Source: a virus
Taxonomy: Duplodnaviria; Caudoviricetes
Reading direction: 5' to 3' (one strand)
DNA: 64,000 nt
Virus record (IMG/VR): IMGVR_UViG_3300026043_000014
Coordinates: 6,588-70,587 of that record
The position numbers and the translations under genes were made by a program. Shown one piece after another: positions 1 through 9,394 of the stretch (its first letter is position 1; each line of letters begins with the position of its first letter). The notes beneath the pieces were generated by a model. That model was not told where the DNA came from. It ran no database searches and saw only the letters and a program-made list of their open reading frames with translations.

Positions 1-739
1 CGAGCGCGTTCGCCCATCGATCGAGCTCGACCCACGAAAGCGGCACGGGCGCACCCTCTTTCAAAGACCACGCTACAAGGTGCGCGTAGTCCCGGAGGGA
101 GCGCTTGATCAACGTGCCGCTCATTGGGAAAAACTTCGTGTCGGTGTGCCCCACGATGTATCGCGTCACTCGACGAGTCACGGCGGCTTTTGGGTTCTTC
201 AATCGGTGCGCTTCGTCTGCGACGATGACATCCGGCAGGTACACTTCCAAAAGCTTCGCGTGGTTCTTTCGTCCTAGCGTCTGGTAGCTGACGATTCGGA
301 GACCCGGATGAAGCCGCCAGTGAATCCGCAGCTTGACGATCTCACGCTCCGTCTTCTCGATCAGGTGCGCGGGCAAGAGAAGGATCGGCCGCACGGCGCC
401 CAGCAGCACGGGGAGGAGCAGACTCAGGATCGTCTTGCCCTTGCCAACGCCGAGCGGCGCCGTCACGCCGCCGAAGAGTGCTGCCTCTGTGAGTGCTTCA
501 GCCTGATGCGGCCAAAGCCTCATCGTGCCGCCGGGCGTCTTCAGCTTCTCGGTCAGAAAATCCGCCGCGGCCTGAGCCTCTTCGTCGGACCACTCACGCA
601 CGGGTAGTGCCGAGATCCGAAGGAACTCGCTCGAGCGCTCGACGCCACGGATCCGAAACGCTTGGCCCGCGTGTGAATTCGGCCGCGCTCGAGACGCGCG
701 ATTGAGCGCGTCAGCGAGGAGAGATTGAAAATCGATCAC
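1..739 (-). CDS. SNF2-family (SF2) helicase, N-terminal part; runs off the window start and is absent from the ORF track
   Basis: Manual translation from GTG at 739: Q-motif LWPHQAEAL, Walker A PLGVGKGKT, Walker B IVADEAH, motif III MSGT. The start overlaps (GTGA) the stop of the upstream 736..915 ORF. Confidence 0.85.
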   Translation of the reverse strand, partial: MIDFQSLLADALNRASRARPNSHAGQAFRIRGVERSSEFLRISALPVREWSDEEAQAAADFLTEKLKTPGGTMRLWPHQAEALTEAALFGGVTAPLGVGKGKTILSLLLPVLLGAVRPILLLPAHLIEKTEREIVKLRIHWRLHPGLRIVSYQTLGRKNHAKLLEVYLPDVIVADEAHRLKNPKAAVTRRVTRYIVGHTDTKFFPMSGTLIKRSLRDYAHLVAWSLKEGAPVPLSWVELDRWANAL

Positions 740-915
740 TCATCCCCGCAACAATCGATCGCCAAAAATGGCGTGTCGTCCTCATCGTGCGCATGCTCGA
801 CCTGCGCTGAAGTGATCGTTCCGCAATAGTCGTTGTTGTCGTCCCACGCACGGACGACAATTTCAAGATCGTCGCTCACGTCAACCAAAGCCTTGCGCAG
901 TTCGCCGACGGTCAT
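736..915 (-). CDS. small acidic hypothetical protein (59 aa)
   Basis: MTVGELRKALVDV...; ATGA/GTGA overlaps with both neighbours. Confidence 0.6.
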   Translation of the reverse strand: MTVGELRKALVDVSDDLEIVVRAWDDNNDYCGTITSAQVEHAHDEDDTPFLAIDCCGDE

Positions 916-1148
916 CCGACCTTGTGCCTCCCGTACTTCGCCAGCAGCTTCGATCGTTTCTTCTCGTCCGCCGCCGCAAAAGCCTCGAGCCCGATCCGCA
1001 TCCCGATGAGGCCGATCTTCCCTCGAGAAAGAATCGGTACGAGATCATGAACCTCGTCGAGGAGATCGGCGTCAGAGCCTCGGCGCACCGCGATGGACAC
1101 ATGGGGCGCGACGGCCGATCCTCGATCTTCGTTTTTCTTCTTTTTCAT
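912..1148 (-). CDS. hypothetical protein
   Basis: Coupled between the nuclease and 736..915. Confidence 0.5.
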   Translation of the reverse strand: MKKKKNEDRGSAVAPHVSIAVRRGSDADLLDEVHDLVPILSRGKIGLIGMRIGLEAFAAADEKKRSKLLAKYGRHKVG

Positions 1149-2543
1149 TCAGACCGCCCTCACCACGACTTCGGCGAACTTCTCGAACACCGGCGCGACG
1201 TCGGCGAATGCGAACGAGTCGCGCGCCAAGAAAACCGCCCGAGGCCGAAACTCCAGGATGATGCGCTCCAGATACACGGCGAGAAGCCCCGGGCCTTTGC
1301 CGAAGTCGACCAGCTTGTAGTGCGGAACCTTCTCGGCGGCGCAGAGCATCTCGTGCGCCGCCATCGCGAGCTCGGCGCCGTCCTGCCGCTCGAGCGCCGC
1401 GGGACCCCGGATCGGCATGCAGCCGACATAGACGATCGCGATCTGGTGGGGTCCCGTCGCGACTGCTGCGGCCGCCCCCGCCGGGGCCGCCTGCGGGGCC
1501 GCTGCATCAGCCTGGGGCGTCGGGGGCGCCTGCGGGGCCGGAGCCTGAACCGCTGCCTCAGCCTGACGTGCCGCGACGGCGGGGGCGAGCTGCCTCTTCT
1601 TTCGGCCTCCCTTCCCTTTCTTCGGCGCCTCGGGCGCCGCGGGAGGCTCCGCAACCGGCGGCGTGATCGGCACGGCCTGCGCGTACCCTCCGGCGCCGGG
1701 CGGCGCGACCGTCGTCTGAACGATTTCGACCGGCGGCGCCCCAGGCGGCGGGTAGACCTGCGCCCCCTCGGGCGGGTTGATCGCGACGGGGCTCGCCCCA
1801 TTTTGGGCCATCTTGGCGCGCAGTTGATCGAGGTAGCTTTGTGACATGATTGAGAAAAGCCTTTCGTTCGGGGTAGGAAAGCAATGGGTGCCGAGAAATG
1901 GGCAGCCGCCGTACTTGGCGCAACCGGAGAAATCCATCGGAACGCTCTCGACAGCCGCTCCGCGGAGGCTCACGATTTCAGTCGCGGGCGGCAGCACGCG
2001 TTCTTCGAACCCGCTGCCGATCTCTTCGCGAGAAAAAACGTGATGTTCCGGCTTCGCGCGCCGGCCGCTGCGTAGGTGGTAGGTCCACCGGAGTTCAACG
2101 TGCGTGGCCTCTGGATACTCGGCGAGCTCACTCACGCCGTAGATCAGCGCTTGAGGGTCTGTGGATAGCTCGGCGCGGCCCTTCGCCCACTTCAGATCGC
2201 CGGTCGTCTTGTGGTCGCCGACAACCGGAAGGTGGCGATGCGCATCGAAAAATCGGTAATCCTTGAATCCGTGGAATCCGACGCCCGCGTAGGAAAACGA
2301 GAAATGTTGCTCCGTTTCGACTCCCGGCGTACCAGGAGGCGGTAGATACTCGAGCCCAGATCGAACGATCTCCGACGTCGGCGCCGTGCCGTGAAGAAGC
2401 CAAGCTTCAAATTCCACGTGAGCATCGGTGCCGATCTGCGCGTAAGCATTCGGCGGCGTCTCGATTTCGCCGATGTACTTGAGCGCCCACTTCCGGGGAC
2501 ACGTCAGGTACGTATCGATCTGGCTAGGGCTGACGGGCTTCAC
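1149..2543 (-). CDS. PD-(D/E)XK exonuclease (RecB/AddB/Cas4-like, four-Cys cluster) with Ala/Pro-rich linker and extra C-terminal domain
   Basis: SPSQIDTYLTCPRKW, GTDAH, GFKD...DHKT, QALIY, CAKYGGCPFLGTHC. Confidence 0.85.
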   Translation of the reverse strand: MKPVSPSQIDTYLTCPRKWALKYIGEIETPPNAYAQIGTDAHVEFEAWLLHGTAPTSEIVRSGLEYLPPPGTPGVETEQHFSFSYAGVGFHGFKDYRFFDAHRHLPVVGDHKTTGDLKWAKGRAELSTDPQALIYGVSELAEYPEATHVELRWTYHLRSGRRAKPEHHVFSREEIGSGFEERVLPPATEIVSLRGAAVESVPMDFSGCAKYGGCPFLGTHCFPTPNERLFSIMSQSYLDQLRAKMAQNGASPVAINPPEGAQVYPPPGAPPVEIVQTTVAPPGAGGYAQAVPITPPVAEPPAAPEAPKKGKGGRKKRQLAPAVAARQAEAAVQAPAPQAPPTPQADAAAPQAAPAGAAAAVATGPHQIAIVYVGCMPIRGPAALERQDGAELAMAAHEMLCAAEKVPHYKLVDFGKGPGLLAVYLERIILEFRPRAVFLARDSFAFADVAPVFEKFAEVVVRAV

Positions 2544-2572
2544 GCCCGGGGAAGCTATCGCCCCCGACGCAT

Positions 2573-4969
2573 TTGATCAAGGGTGGATCACGAAAAACAA
2601 CTCTGCCAGGATGGCGGACTCCGTGTAGAGAACCCCTTCACCCGGCGACCTTCGGAGCAACCTTGCGCGTCTCACTATTCCCGAGCCTCGAAGACCCACA
2701 CGTACGCCCCCTCGAGACCGACTGGGGCGGCATCGCAGAAGAATTAACTAGCAAGCGCATCGTCACCGACGACAAGAAGGCCGTACCGCTCTTCTCGCCG
2801 GCTGAGTTTCGCGAAGACTATCGGACGAAAAAGAACGTCGAGCGCGTACACTTCTTGGTGCTCGACTACGACGCGCTCGATCTAGCGGGCGCGATCGCGT
2901 CGATGGAACGGATCGCGTCGTACCGACGCATCCTCTATTCGACGCATCGACACGATCCGCGAGAGCCTAACGGCCAACGCTTCCGTGCGCTCGTCGCGAT
3001 CGATCGTCCGGTACTCGGCCGAGAATGGCCGTCATTCTGGAGTGCCGCGCGAGCGGATCTCGCTCCTCTCTCAGACAGGAAAGATTCCGACGCTTCGCGC
3101 GCGTACTTCTTGCCTTCGTGCCCGGCGGATAGAGCTGAATTCGCGTTCGCCGAATCGCACGACGGCGCTGTGATCGAGGTCTCTAGGTACATCGGCGCCG
3201 ACGTCCCAGAGGCCCCCACGGACGGCGTGTTCCCCGTGACGCCGGAGTACCTACGCAAGCTCGGCACGTCGCTCAGCAAACGAAAATCACTCGGCGATTC
3301 GCAAATAGGGGAAATCCTTCTTCTCGTCGCGCAGGGGCTCCCCTACGCGACCGAAGGCGAGCGAGACGACGTCACGTGGAGACTCTGCGTCCGGCTCGCC
3401 AAGGAAATCCCCGAGGCGAACGCGGAATCTCTCGGCGCCGTCTTCGCGGCGTCGTTGTCACTCATGGGCGCCGAAGCGCCGACGCCCGCGATGGTCGTCG
3501 AGAAGTTCTCCCGCGCTCGCACGCAGAACGCCGAAAGATCGCATGCCGCGGAAGACTGGCGCAAGGCGCGCATCCGTTCGATCTTTTTCGGTAGTCGTGA
3601 AGAGCCATACACCGACGCCGAGATCGCCACATGGGGCATTCGCTCAGACGAATGGCTTCTCACGTTCGAAAAAGAGCTCTTCGTTGCCTTCGATGGTTCG
3701 TACGTCGGGCCTCTCGTGCGCGCGCACGAAGAAGCGCTCCAGTGGCTTGCCCCAGCTCCGTTTTCGATCGTTCGACTCAGAGAAGACGGCACGATCGTCT
3801 ATCGCACACTCAAGGAAATGCTCGTGGAACAAGGAAAGCAGATCACCAAGCGCGTCGTGTGGATCGGCGGCCAAGGCAACACCCGTTACGATCGCGACAC
3901 CGACACGCTTCACACGTTCGCCTGCCCACTCAGATCACTCGAGCCCGCGTACGATGCGAACGTCGATGCCTTCCTCGCAGGGATCGCGCGGAGCTCGAAA
4001 AGCAAGCTCGAGACGTGGCTCGCTGCGTGCATCGATCCAGAGATTGCACTGCCCATGCTCTGGCTCATGGGCGATCCGGGCGTGGGCAAGTCGCTGCTCG
4101 CCGCCGGAGTCGCGCGTCTGTGGACCAAAGACGGCCCCGGCGACGCTCACGCGGCACTTGGCACAGAGTACCAGGACGCGCTCTTGCGTTGCCCTCTACT
4201 GCTCGCTGACGAACACCTGCCCCGAGACTTCCGGGGTCACGTCGTGACGGAGAAGATTCGATCGCTGCTCACGAGCCCGACGCACCACGTCAACAAGAAG
4301 TACGGCATGCAAGGGCGGGTTACTGGTATGGTGCGGCTCATCGCAGCGACGAATGCCGGCGCACTATCAGGGCTCTCACTGGCGCTGAAACCGGAAGATT
4401 TTTCGGCCATTGCCGAGAGGATCCTCATGATCCGCTGCAAGGGGTCGCCGCGCATTGCCTCGGATCTCGCGGCGTCGTTCGTGAAAGACGATCGCATTGC
4501 CCGACACGTGCTCTGGCTTGCGTCGAAGTACGCACGATCGACCACCGATCGCTTCGCGGTCACAGGCGACGCCGAAGACCTGGTCACCGAGCTTTTCGTT
4601 CAGAGCGAATGGCGCGCGGAGGTTCTGGAATGGATCTTTCTCGCGTTGGCAGATCCGCAGCGGCACTTCATGAAGTGGAAGTACCCGGCAATCGTCGCGA
4701 AAGACGGCGTTGTGTATATACGTCGTAAAGACATCGGGAAGTGTTGGTCCGACTACTACAACGACAAACTCGATGCTGCGCAGCAACGGAAGGCCGCCGC
4801 GGCGGCGCGCGATCTAATCAACGGTGGACGGATGAAGTTCAAAGGGAACAAATACACCTCGGTGGATCCAAAAATGCTCGAGGCGTATGCGAAAGCCTCC
4901 GAAGAGGAGGTTCCGAGCACGGAAATGTTGGAGATCGTTTGTAAAAATTCCCCCTACGGGGCGAATTGA
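2573..4969 (+). CDS. primase-polymerase (AEP-like) fused to a D5/VirE-like P-loop helicase; true start may be about 30 codons downstream
   Basis: LVLDYD (DxD) and YSTHRH motifs N-terminally; Walker A GDPGVGKS and Walker B LLLADE C-terminally. Confidence 0.85.
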   Translation: MIKGGSRKTTLPGWRTPCREPLHPATFGATLRVSLFPSLEDPHVRPLETDWGGIAEELTSKRIVTDDKKAVPLFSPAEFREDYRTKKNVERVHFLVLDYDALDLAGAIASMERIASYRRILYSTHRHDPREPNGQRFRALVAIDRPVLGREWPSFWSAARADLAPLSDRKDSDASRAYFLPSCPADRAEFAFAESHDGAVIEVSRYIGADVPEAPTDGVFPVTPEYLRKLGTSLSKRKSLGDSQIGEILLLVAQGLPYATEGERDDVTWRLCVRLAKEIPEANAESLGAVFAASLSLMGAEAPTPAMVVEKFSRARTQNAERSHAAEDWRKARIRSIFFGSREEPYTDAEIATWGIRSDEWLLTFEKELFVAFDGSYVGPLVRAHEEALQWLAPAPFSIVRLREDGTIVYRTLKEMLVEQGKQITKRVVWIGGQGNTRYDRDTDTLHTFACPLRSLEPAYDANVDAFLAGIARSSKSKLETWLAACIDPEIALPMLWLMGDPGVGKSLLAAGVARLWTKDGPGDAHAALGTEYQDALLRCPLLLADEHLPRDFRGHVVTEKIRSLLTSPTHHVNKKYGMQGRVTGMVRLIAATNAGALSGLSLALKPEDFSAIAERILMIRCKGSPRIASDLAASFVKDDRIARHVLWLASKYARSTTDRFAVTGDAEDLVTELFVQSEWRAEVLEWIFLALADPQRHFMKWKYPAIVAKDGVVYIRRKDIGKCWSDYYNDKLDAAQQRKAAAAARDLINGGRMKFKGNKYTSVDPKMLEAYAKASEEEVPSTEMLEIVCKNSPYGAN

Positions 4970-4984
4970 GCACCAGCCATCCGG

Positions 4985-5515
4985 TAGTCTAGAGGATAGT
5001 CTACACTTCAGACGCCTGAGGGACGTCAAGACCCGGAAATTCGCAAAAAGGGGCAAAAGGGACAAAACTCGTTTGCCCCAACGATTTCAAGTACTTGAAA
5101 AATCGACTGATCCAAATAGTGTAGCAGTTTCAAATACTTAGATGGGGGACAAAACTCTGGTTCCCTATTTCTCTTTAGTAACGGAAAGTATGTGTATGTA
5201 TACCTCTACCTCTATCTCTCTACTGCATGATCTACCAAACAACCTACTCTAGCCTCGCACGCGCCCGTATATACGTATAGATAGGTAGAGGTAGAGGTAT
5301 ACATACACATACTTTCCGTTACTAAAGAGAAATAGGGAACCAGAGTTTTGTCCCCCATCTAAGTGTTTGAAACTGTTACACTATTTGGATCAGTCGATTT
5401 TTCAAGTACTTGAAATCGTTGGGGCAAACGAGTTTTGTCCCTTTTGCCCCTTTTTGCGAATTTCCGGGTCTTGACGTCCCTCAGGCGTCTGAAGTATAGA
5501 CTACCCTCTAGACTA
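4985..5515. repeat. 531-bp AT-rich inverted repeat (230-bp arms, 71-bp loop); candidate origin or end junction
   Basis: 4985-5214 is the reverse complement of 5286-5515 with 4 mismatches (4996/5504, 5004/5496, 5124/5376, 5135/5365). Each arm has GGGACAAAACTC twice (5059, 5146) and the palindrome TTTCAAGTACTTGAAA (5085-5100). Confidence 0.97.
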
Positions 5516-5790
5516 TGGCAGCCAAGGAAAAACAGTTCAACCTGCGGTTATCGCAGGAAACTCACGATCGCTGGCGTCAGGCCGCCGAAGCATCCGGGTG
5601 CTCACTGACCCTGTGGATCGAACGCGCGTGCAATGCCGCGGCGTTCGTTGCGCTCGAGCAAGCGGCCGCCTCGCGCGCCGACCGGCTCGAGGGTGTTCGA
5701 GTTCTGCTCCACGAAGCACAGGCCCGGTTGGACGCCCTTTCGGCAGAACAGCCCGAGGATGCCCCGCAGTCGCACGAGGATGCGCTGTGA
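5515..5790 (+). CDS. ribbon-helix-helix (Arc/CopG-like) DNA-binding protein
   Basis: KQFNLRLSQETHDRWRQAAEASGCSLTLWIERA. Confidence 0.7.
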   Translation: MAAKEKQFNLRLSQETHDRWRQAAEASGCSLTLWIERACNAAAFVALEQAAASRADRLEGVRVLLHEAQARLDALSAEQPEDAPQSHEDAL

Positions 5791-5862
5791 CGGCGTTTCG
5801 GTTCGAGAACGGGGTCGGGGTCGTCCGGGATCGAAAACGAAGCCACGGGGCTCTGAGAGGCC

Positions 5863-5892
5863 ACAGCCGCGCGGGGCTTCGAATGCCGCGAC
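5863..5892 (+). CRISPR. orphan CRISPR repeat (3' 30 nt of the array repeat)
   Basis: ACAGCCGCGCGGGGCTTCGAATGCCGCGAC, 29/30 to the array consensus; 37 nt upstream of a GTG at 5930. Confidence 0.9.
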
Positions 5893-5929
5893 ATCGCGAG
5901 GCCCGCGACGTCGAGGGGGCGCACGAGCC

Positions 5930-6079
5930 GTGACCTGCCGTTGGCACCGTCGCCGCAAAGCCGTCGTGATCGGCATTTGCTCGAAGCTCGGGTACTGCCG
6001 CGAGTGCTGGCCTTCAGACAAGAGGCTACCGCCGAGACTCGATCTACCTTTCGACAGCGCGATTTGGTTGGCGGCGTGA
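5930..6079 (+). CDS. small Cys-containing protein (49 aa)
   Basis: GAGGGG RBS upstream; CxxxxxCxxC; GTGA overlap with the next gene. Confidence 0.5.
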   Translation: MTCRWHRRRKAVVIGICSKLGYCRECWPSDKRLPPRLDLPFDSAIWLAA

Positions 6080-6330
6080 GCGTTGTTTGGCACCTCGTAG
6101 GCTGGCTCGCGTTCGCGCTGAATGTGTGGGGGAACGTGATGCTCACCACCAAATCAAAATCCGGTTGGATCGTCCGGCTCGTGTGTAACCTGTGCTGGCT
6201 TCCGTACGCGGCGCTGACCGGAGCGTGGGCGCTCTTCGCAAATCACGTCGTGTTCATCGGCGTCAACGTTCTCGGTTGGATCCGATGGAGCCGAGAAGAA
6301 GACGCATTCGAGAAACAGAGGTCCGCGTGA
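6076..6330 (+). CDS. short PnuC-like membrane protein
   Basis: About three hydrophobic helices; GWIVRLVCNLCWLPY...GWIRW pattern. Confidence 0.55.
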   Translation: MSVVWHLVGWLAFALNVWGNVMLTTKSKSGWIVRLVCNLCWLPYAALTGAWALFANHVVFIGVNVLGWIRWSREEDAFEKQRSA

Positions 6331-7341
6331 AGTGCATCTCTTGCGACACCTTTCTACAGGATGCGATTCCCGAAACATCCGAAGGTGATCCTCGACAGCA
6401 ACCGAACTACGGTCTCGTCTGCTACAGCCATGGCAACTTCGGCTCCGCGTTGTTCGATCCGATGGACGGCGCGTCGAGCCTCGAGTTCTACCTCTGCGAC
6501 GAGTGCGCGAAGAAGAAGGCCGAGATCATCTACTTCGTGGAGGCCCGCGCGACGAAAGCAGAGAACGTTTTCATGACGTTTGATGAATTTCTCAAGCGGA
6601 AGGCGGCTCAATGAGCCGCCCTTTTGAACGATACGTCAGTCTGCTTGAACAACTCTACCTCGCCCGAAGCAAGCAAGAGCTCACGATGCAGGAGGAGTAC
6701 ACATTCGCTTGCGACCTTGAGAGTCTTTGGGACGAGCTCACCGAAGCCGAACAGCAGCAAATCGAGGAGATCACCGAGACGCTCAGCGGGAAGAAGCAAT
6801 GAGTACGTGGATCGCAGTCGGTTAGACGAAGGAGAAGAGCTGTGAAGAAGCCACCTGAGACGAAAGCAAAACAGTCAGTTACTCTTCCTTTCGACGAAAT
6901 GCGAAAGAGGATCGAAGTTCGTGTCACCCAAAAAGCCGCAGTCAAGCTGCACGAAGAGTTGATGATTGCTCGTTCGATCGTTCGAGACATTTTTGGTGGA
7001 GGAGATCCCGATCTGATTCTCCAGGTTCGGAAACTTCTGCGCCAAGAAGAAGAGTACGGCGAATGAAGCGCGATCAGATTCGCATCGGTCCTGAAATCGG
7101 TCCAGGTGTCCGCACCGCGGTCATGCGCGACGTCGAAGGTGATCATGCCGTGCTCATGACCCAGGTGCGTGATGGCGTCCCCATTCCCGACGGATCCGAA
7201 ATCGTGGAGATTGATACGACGTGCCGCGAGGGGTGGCATGACGTGATCAGCCGCAGCGGTCCGGTGCAGGTTGCAACGCCCGCGTACCGTGAGGGGTACG
7301 ATCGGATCTTCGGCAAGAGAGTAGAAGTGGGGCAGGCGTGA
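6327..7341 (+). CDS. run of small hypothetical genes (6327-6614 Zn-finger-like, 6611-6802, 6842-7066, 7063-7341)
   Basis: Successive ATGA/GTGA overlaps; CxxC pairs in the first. Confidence 0.6.
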
Positions 7342-7979
7342 TCGATTGGTTTTTCATTTTCGTCGTTGTCGCGTTCGTAGCGATCGTTGCCTACAGCGCG
7401 GGGAGAGGCTCTGTTGCGCACATTAACTGTATCCAAATTTTGGCTGAGCAGCGTCGAAAGCTATGGATGCTTCTCGATCACATCGATACGCTCGACGACT
7501 CTTGCCGCGATGACGATTTGACTTTTCGTGCGCTTACACGAGTGTGCCAAAAGAAGCGTTTCGAAATTTGGGTGCCGGCTGACGACGCCGAAGTGAAGAC
7601 ACCCCAGCAGCGCGTAGCCGCATGGGTCGCCGAAGTTCTCGGCGCGGACGCGGCTCAGGACGGACCGGAACGCGTGCTCCGAACTGCCGAAGAGGTCGTC
7701 GAGCTCGCCCAAGCCGTCGGTCTTTCTTCGACGGTGCTTCATCGGCTCGTCGACTACGTCTACGCGCGCCCGGTCGGCGACGCCGCGCAAGAGATCGGCG
7801 GATCGCTCATCACGCTCTACTCGGCGGCGGAAGCGCTCGGCGTGGACGTCGAGACGCAGTTCGAAAAAGAGCTCGCGCGAGTTCGTCGACCGGAGGTCGT
7901 GGAGAGGGTTCGACGCCGGCAGCAAGAGAAACGAGAGGCGCTCGTGGGAGACGTAGGAGACGTGGGAGAAGAACGATGA
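7338..7979 (+). CDS. MazG-like NTP pyrophosphohydrolase domain protein with N-terminal TM helix
   Basis: ERVLRTAEEVVELAQAVG...YVYARPVGDAAQEIGG. Confidence 0.6.
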   Translation: MIDWFFIFVVVAFVAIVAYSAGRGSVAHINCIQILAEQRRKLWMLLDHIDTLDDSCRDDDLTFRALTRVCQKKRFEIWVPADDAEVKTPQQRVAAWVAEVLGADAAQDGPERVLRTAEEVVELAQAVGLSSTVLHRLVDYVYARPVGDAAQEIGGSLITLYSAAEALGVDVETQFEKELARVRRPEVVERVRRRQQEKREALVGDVGDVGEER

Positions 7980-8323
7980 CCAAACAAAACAAAATTCGCG
8001 CGGCGATCAACGAAGCCGCTCTCAAGGAAACGGTCCGATTGTACAACGAAGCCGCCACGGCGCTCGAAGAGGCGCAGGAGGAGTTTCAGCGCAAGCTCCA
8101 AAAGATCTCCGAAGATTCCAAACGGATCGTCGCAGAAGCACGTCGTGTCTACCGAGCGGACGCGGATGCCGGAGAGGCCGCGCTTTCGGACGCAACGGGA
8201 GGAGGCATCGACGATTTGCAGGACTCGCCCGAAGATCTTCTTGATGACATGCCCGAGCCGCTGACTGAAGAGCTCCTTCTCGATGAGATCGCCAGCTGGT
8301 TCGAGGGAGAAGAGGAAGAATAG
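7976..8323 (+). CDS. acidic coiled-coil hypothetical protein
   Basis: ATGA overlap; heptad-like helix, acidic C-terminus. Confidence 0.6.
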   Translation: MTKQNKIRAAINEAALKETVRLYNEAATALEEAQEEFQRKLQKISEDSKRIVAEARRVYRADADAGEAALSDATGGGIDDLQDSPEDLLDDMPEPLTEELLLDEIASWFEGEEEE

Positions 8324-8493
8324 CGTGGTCGATCGACCCAAGATCACGATCTCCTACAGCGTCGCGGAGATCCGACACCTCCATTCGGAGATCGGCGATC
8401 TGCCGAATTCCCGCCTGGGTCCGAAGCTTCGAGAATTCTACCGGCGGCTCGAAGCGTTGTTGAATCTCTATCCGACGAAAAAGGTGAAAAAGC

Positions 8494-8844
8494 ATGAGCA
8501 TGGAAGCGGACATTCGAAAGCATGAGCTCCTTCGTGAAGGCGTGCGCACGGGATTCAAGACCCTCCTGGTTCAGGCGCGGCAAATCTGGGGCGCCGACAA
8601 CCTCACGCTCGATCAGATCGTCGTGCGGCTCATGGTCGGCGTCGGCGACATCGCGCGTATGACCCGCGACGGAGGCATCAGCGGCACGAACCACGTGCGT
8701 TGCCTCGAACTCAAGAAGGAGCTCGGCAACGTGCTCTTCTCGACGATCCGATGGATCGACGATCTCGGACTGGATTTGATGGAGTGCCTCGACCTCGCCA
8801 TCAACGCGCAGGAGAAATTTGCCAAGAGCGGACGGCCGCGATGA
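8494..8844 (+). CDS. MazG/NTP-PPase-like protein
   Basis: VGVGDIAR...ELKKELGNVLFS helical motif. Confidence 0.45.
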   Translation: MSMEADIRKHELLREGVRTGFKTLLVQARQIWGADNLTLDQIVVRLMVGVGDIARMTRDGGISGTNHVRCLELKKELGNVLFSTIRWIDDLGLDLMECLDLAINAQEKFAKSGRPR

Positions 8845-9019
8845 CTCCGGGTGAAGCGGCCTACGCCAAGTGGTGCGAGAGGGTGAGCAACAAGCTGTCC
8901 GGTCTCTCTATCGCGAAGGACATTGTACTTCACTTGCCATGGCATCAACTGAAGCCGGCTCAGAAAGAAACGTGGGAAGCCATAGCTGCCGCCGCGATTG
9001 CGGCTGCTGGGAGACCGAG

Positions 9020-9394
9020 ATGAAACGTGTCATCGTTGAAAGCCCGTTCGCGGGAGACCGGAGAAGAAACCGGCGTTACCTCGAGAGCTGCCTCCGCGAC
9101 TGCGTCCTTCGAGGCGAGAGCCCGTACGCTTCGCACAAGATGCTCACCGATTGCCTCGACGACGAGGTCCCCGAAGAGAGAAAGCTTGGCATGGGGGGCG
9201 GCTATACCTGGTGGGTCGTGGCTGACGACATCGTCTTCTACGTCGATCTCGGCTGGAGCGGCGGTATGCAGAAGGCGCGAGAGCTTCTCGAGGCCGAGGG
9301 GCGATCGTACCTGACGCGGACTTTGCCGGAGGACGATCTCTTCTGGCTCGAAGAGAAGAGGCTGGCGGAAGCGAAGGAGAAAGCAGGACGATGA
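9020..9394 (+). CDS. conserved phage protein (nucleoside deoxyribosyltransferase-like fold)
   Basis: VIVESPFAGD...RGESPYASH...VFYVDLGWSGGM. Confidence 0.6.
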   Translation: MKRVIVESPFAGDRRRNRRYLESCLRDCVLRGESPYASHKMLTDCLDDEVPEERKLGMGGGYTWWVVADDIVFYVDLGWSGGMQKARELLEAEGRSYLTRTLPEDDLFWLEEKRLAEAKEKAGR

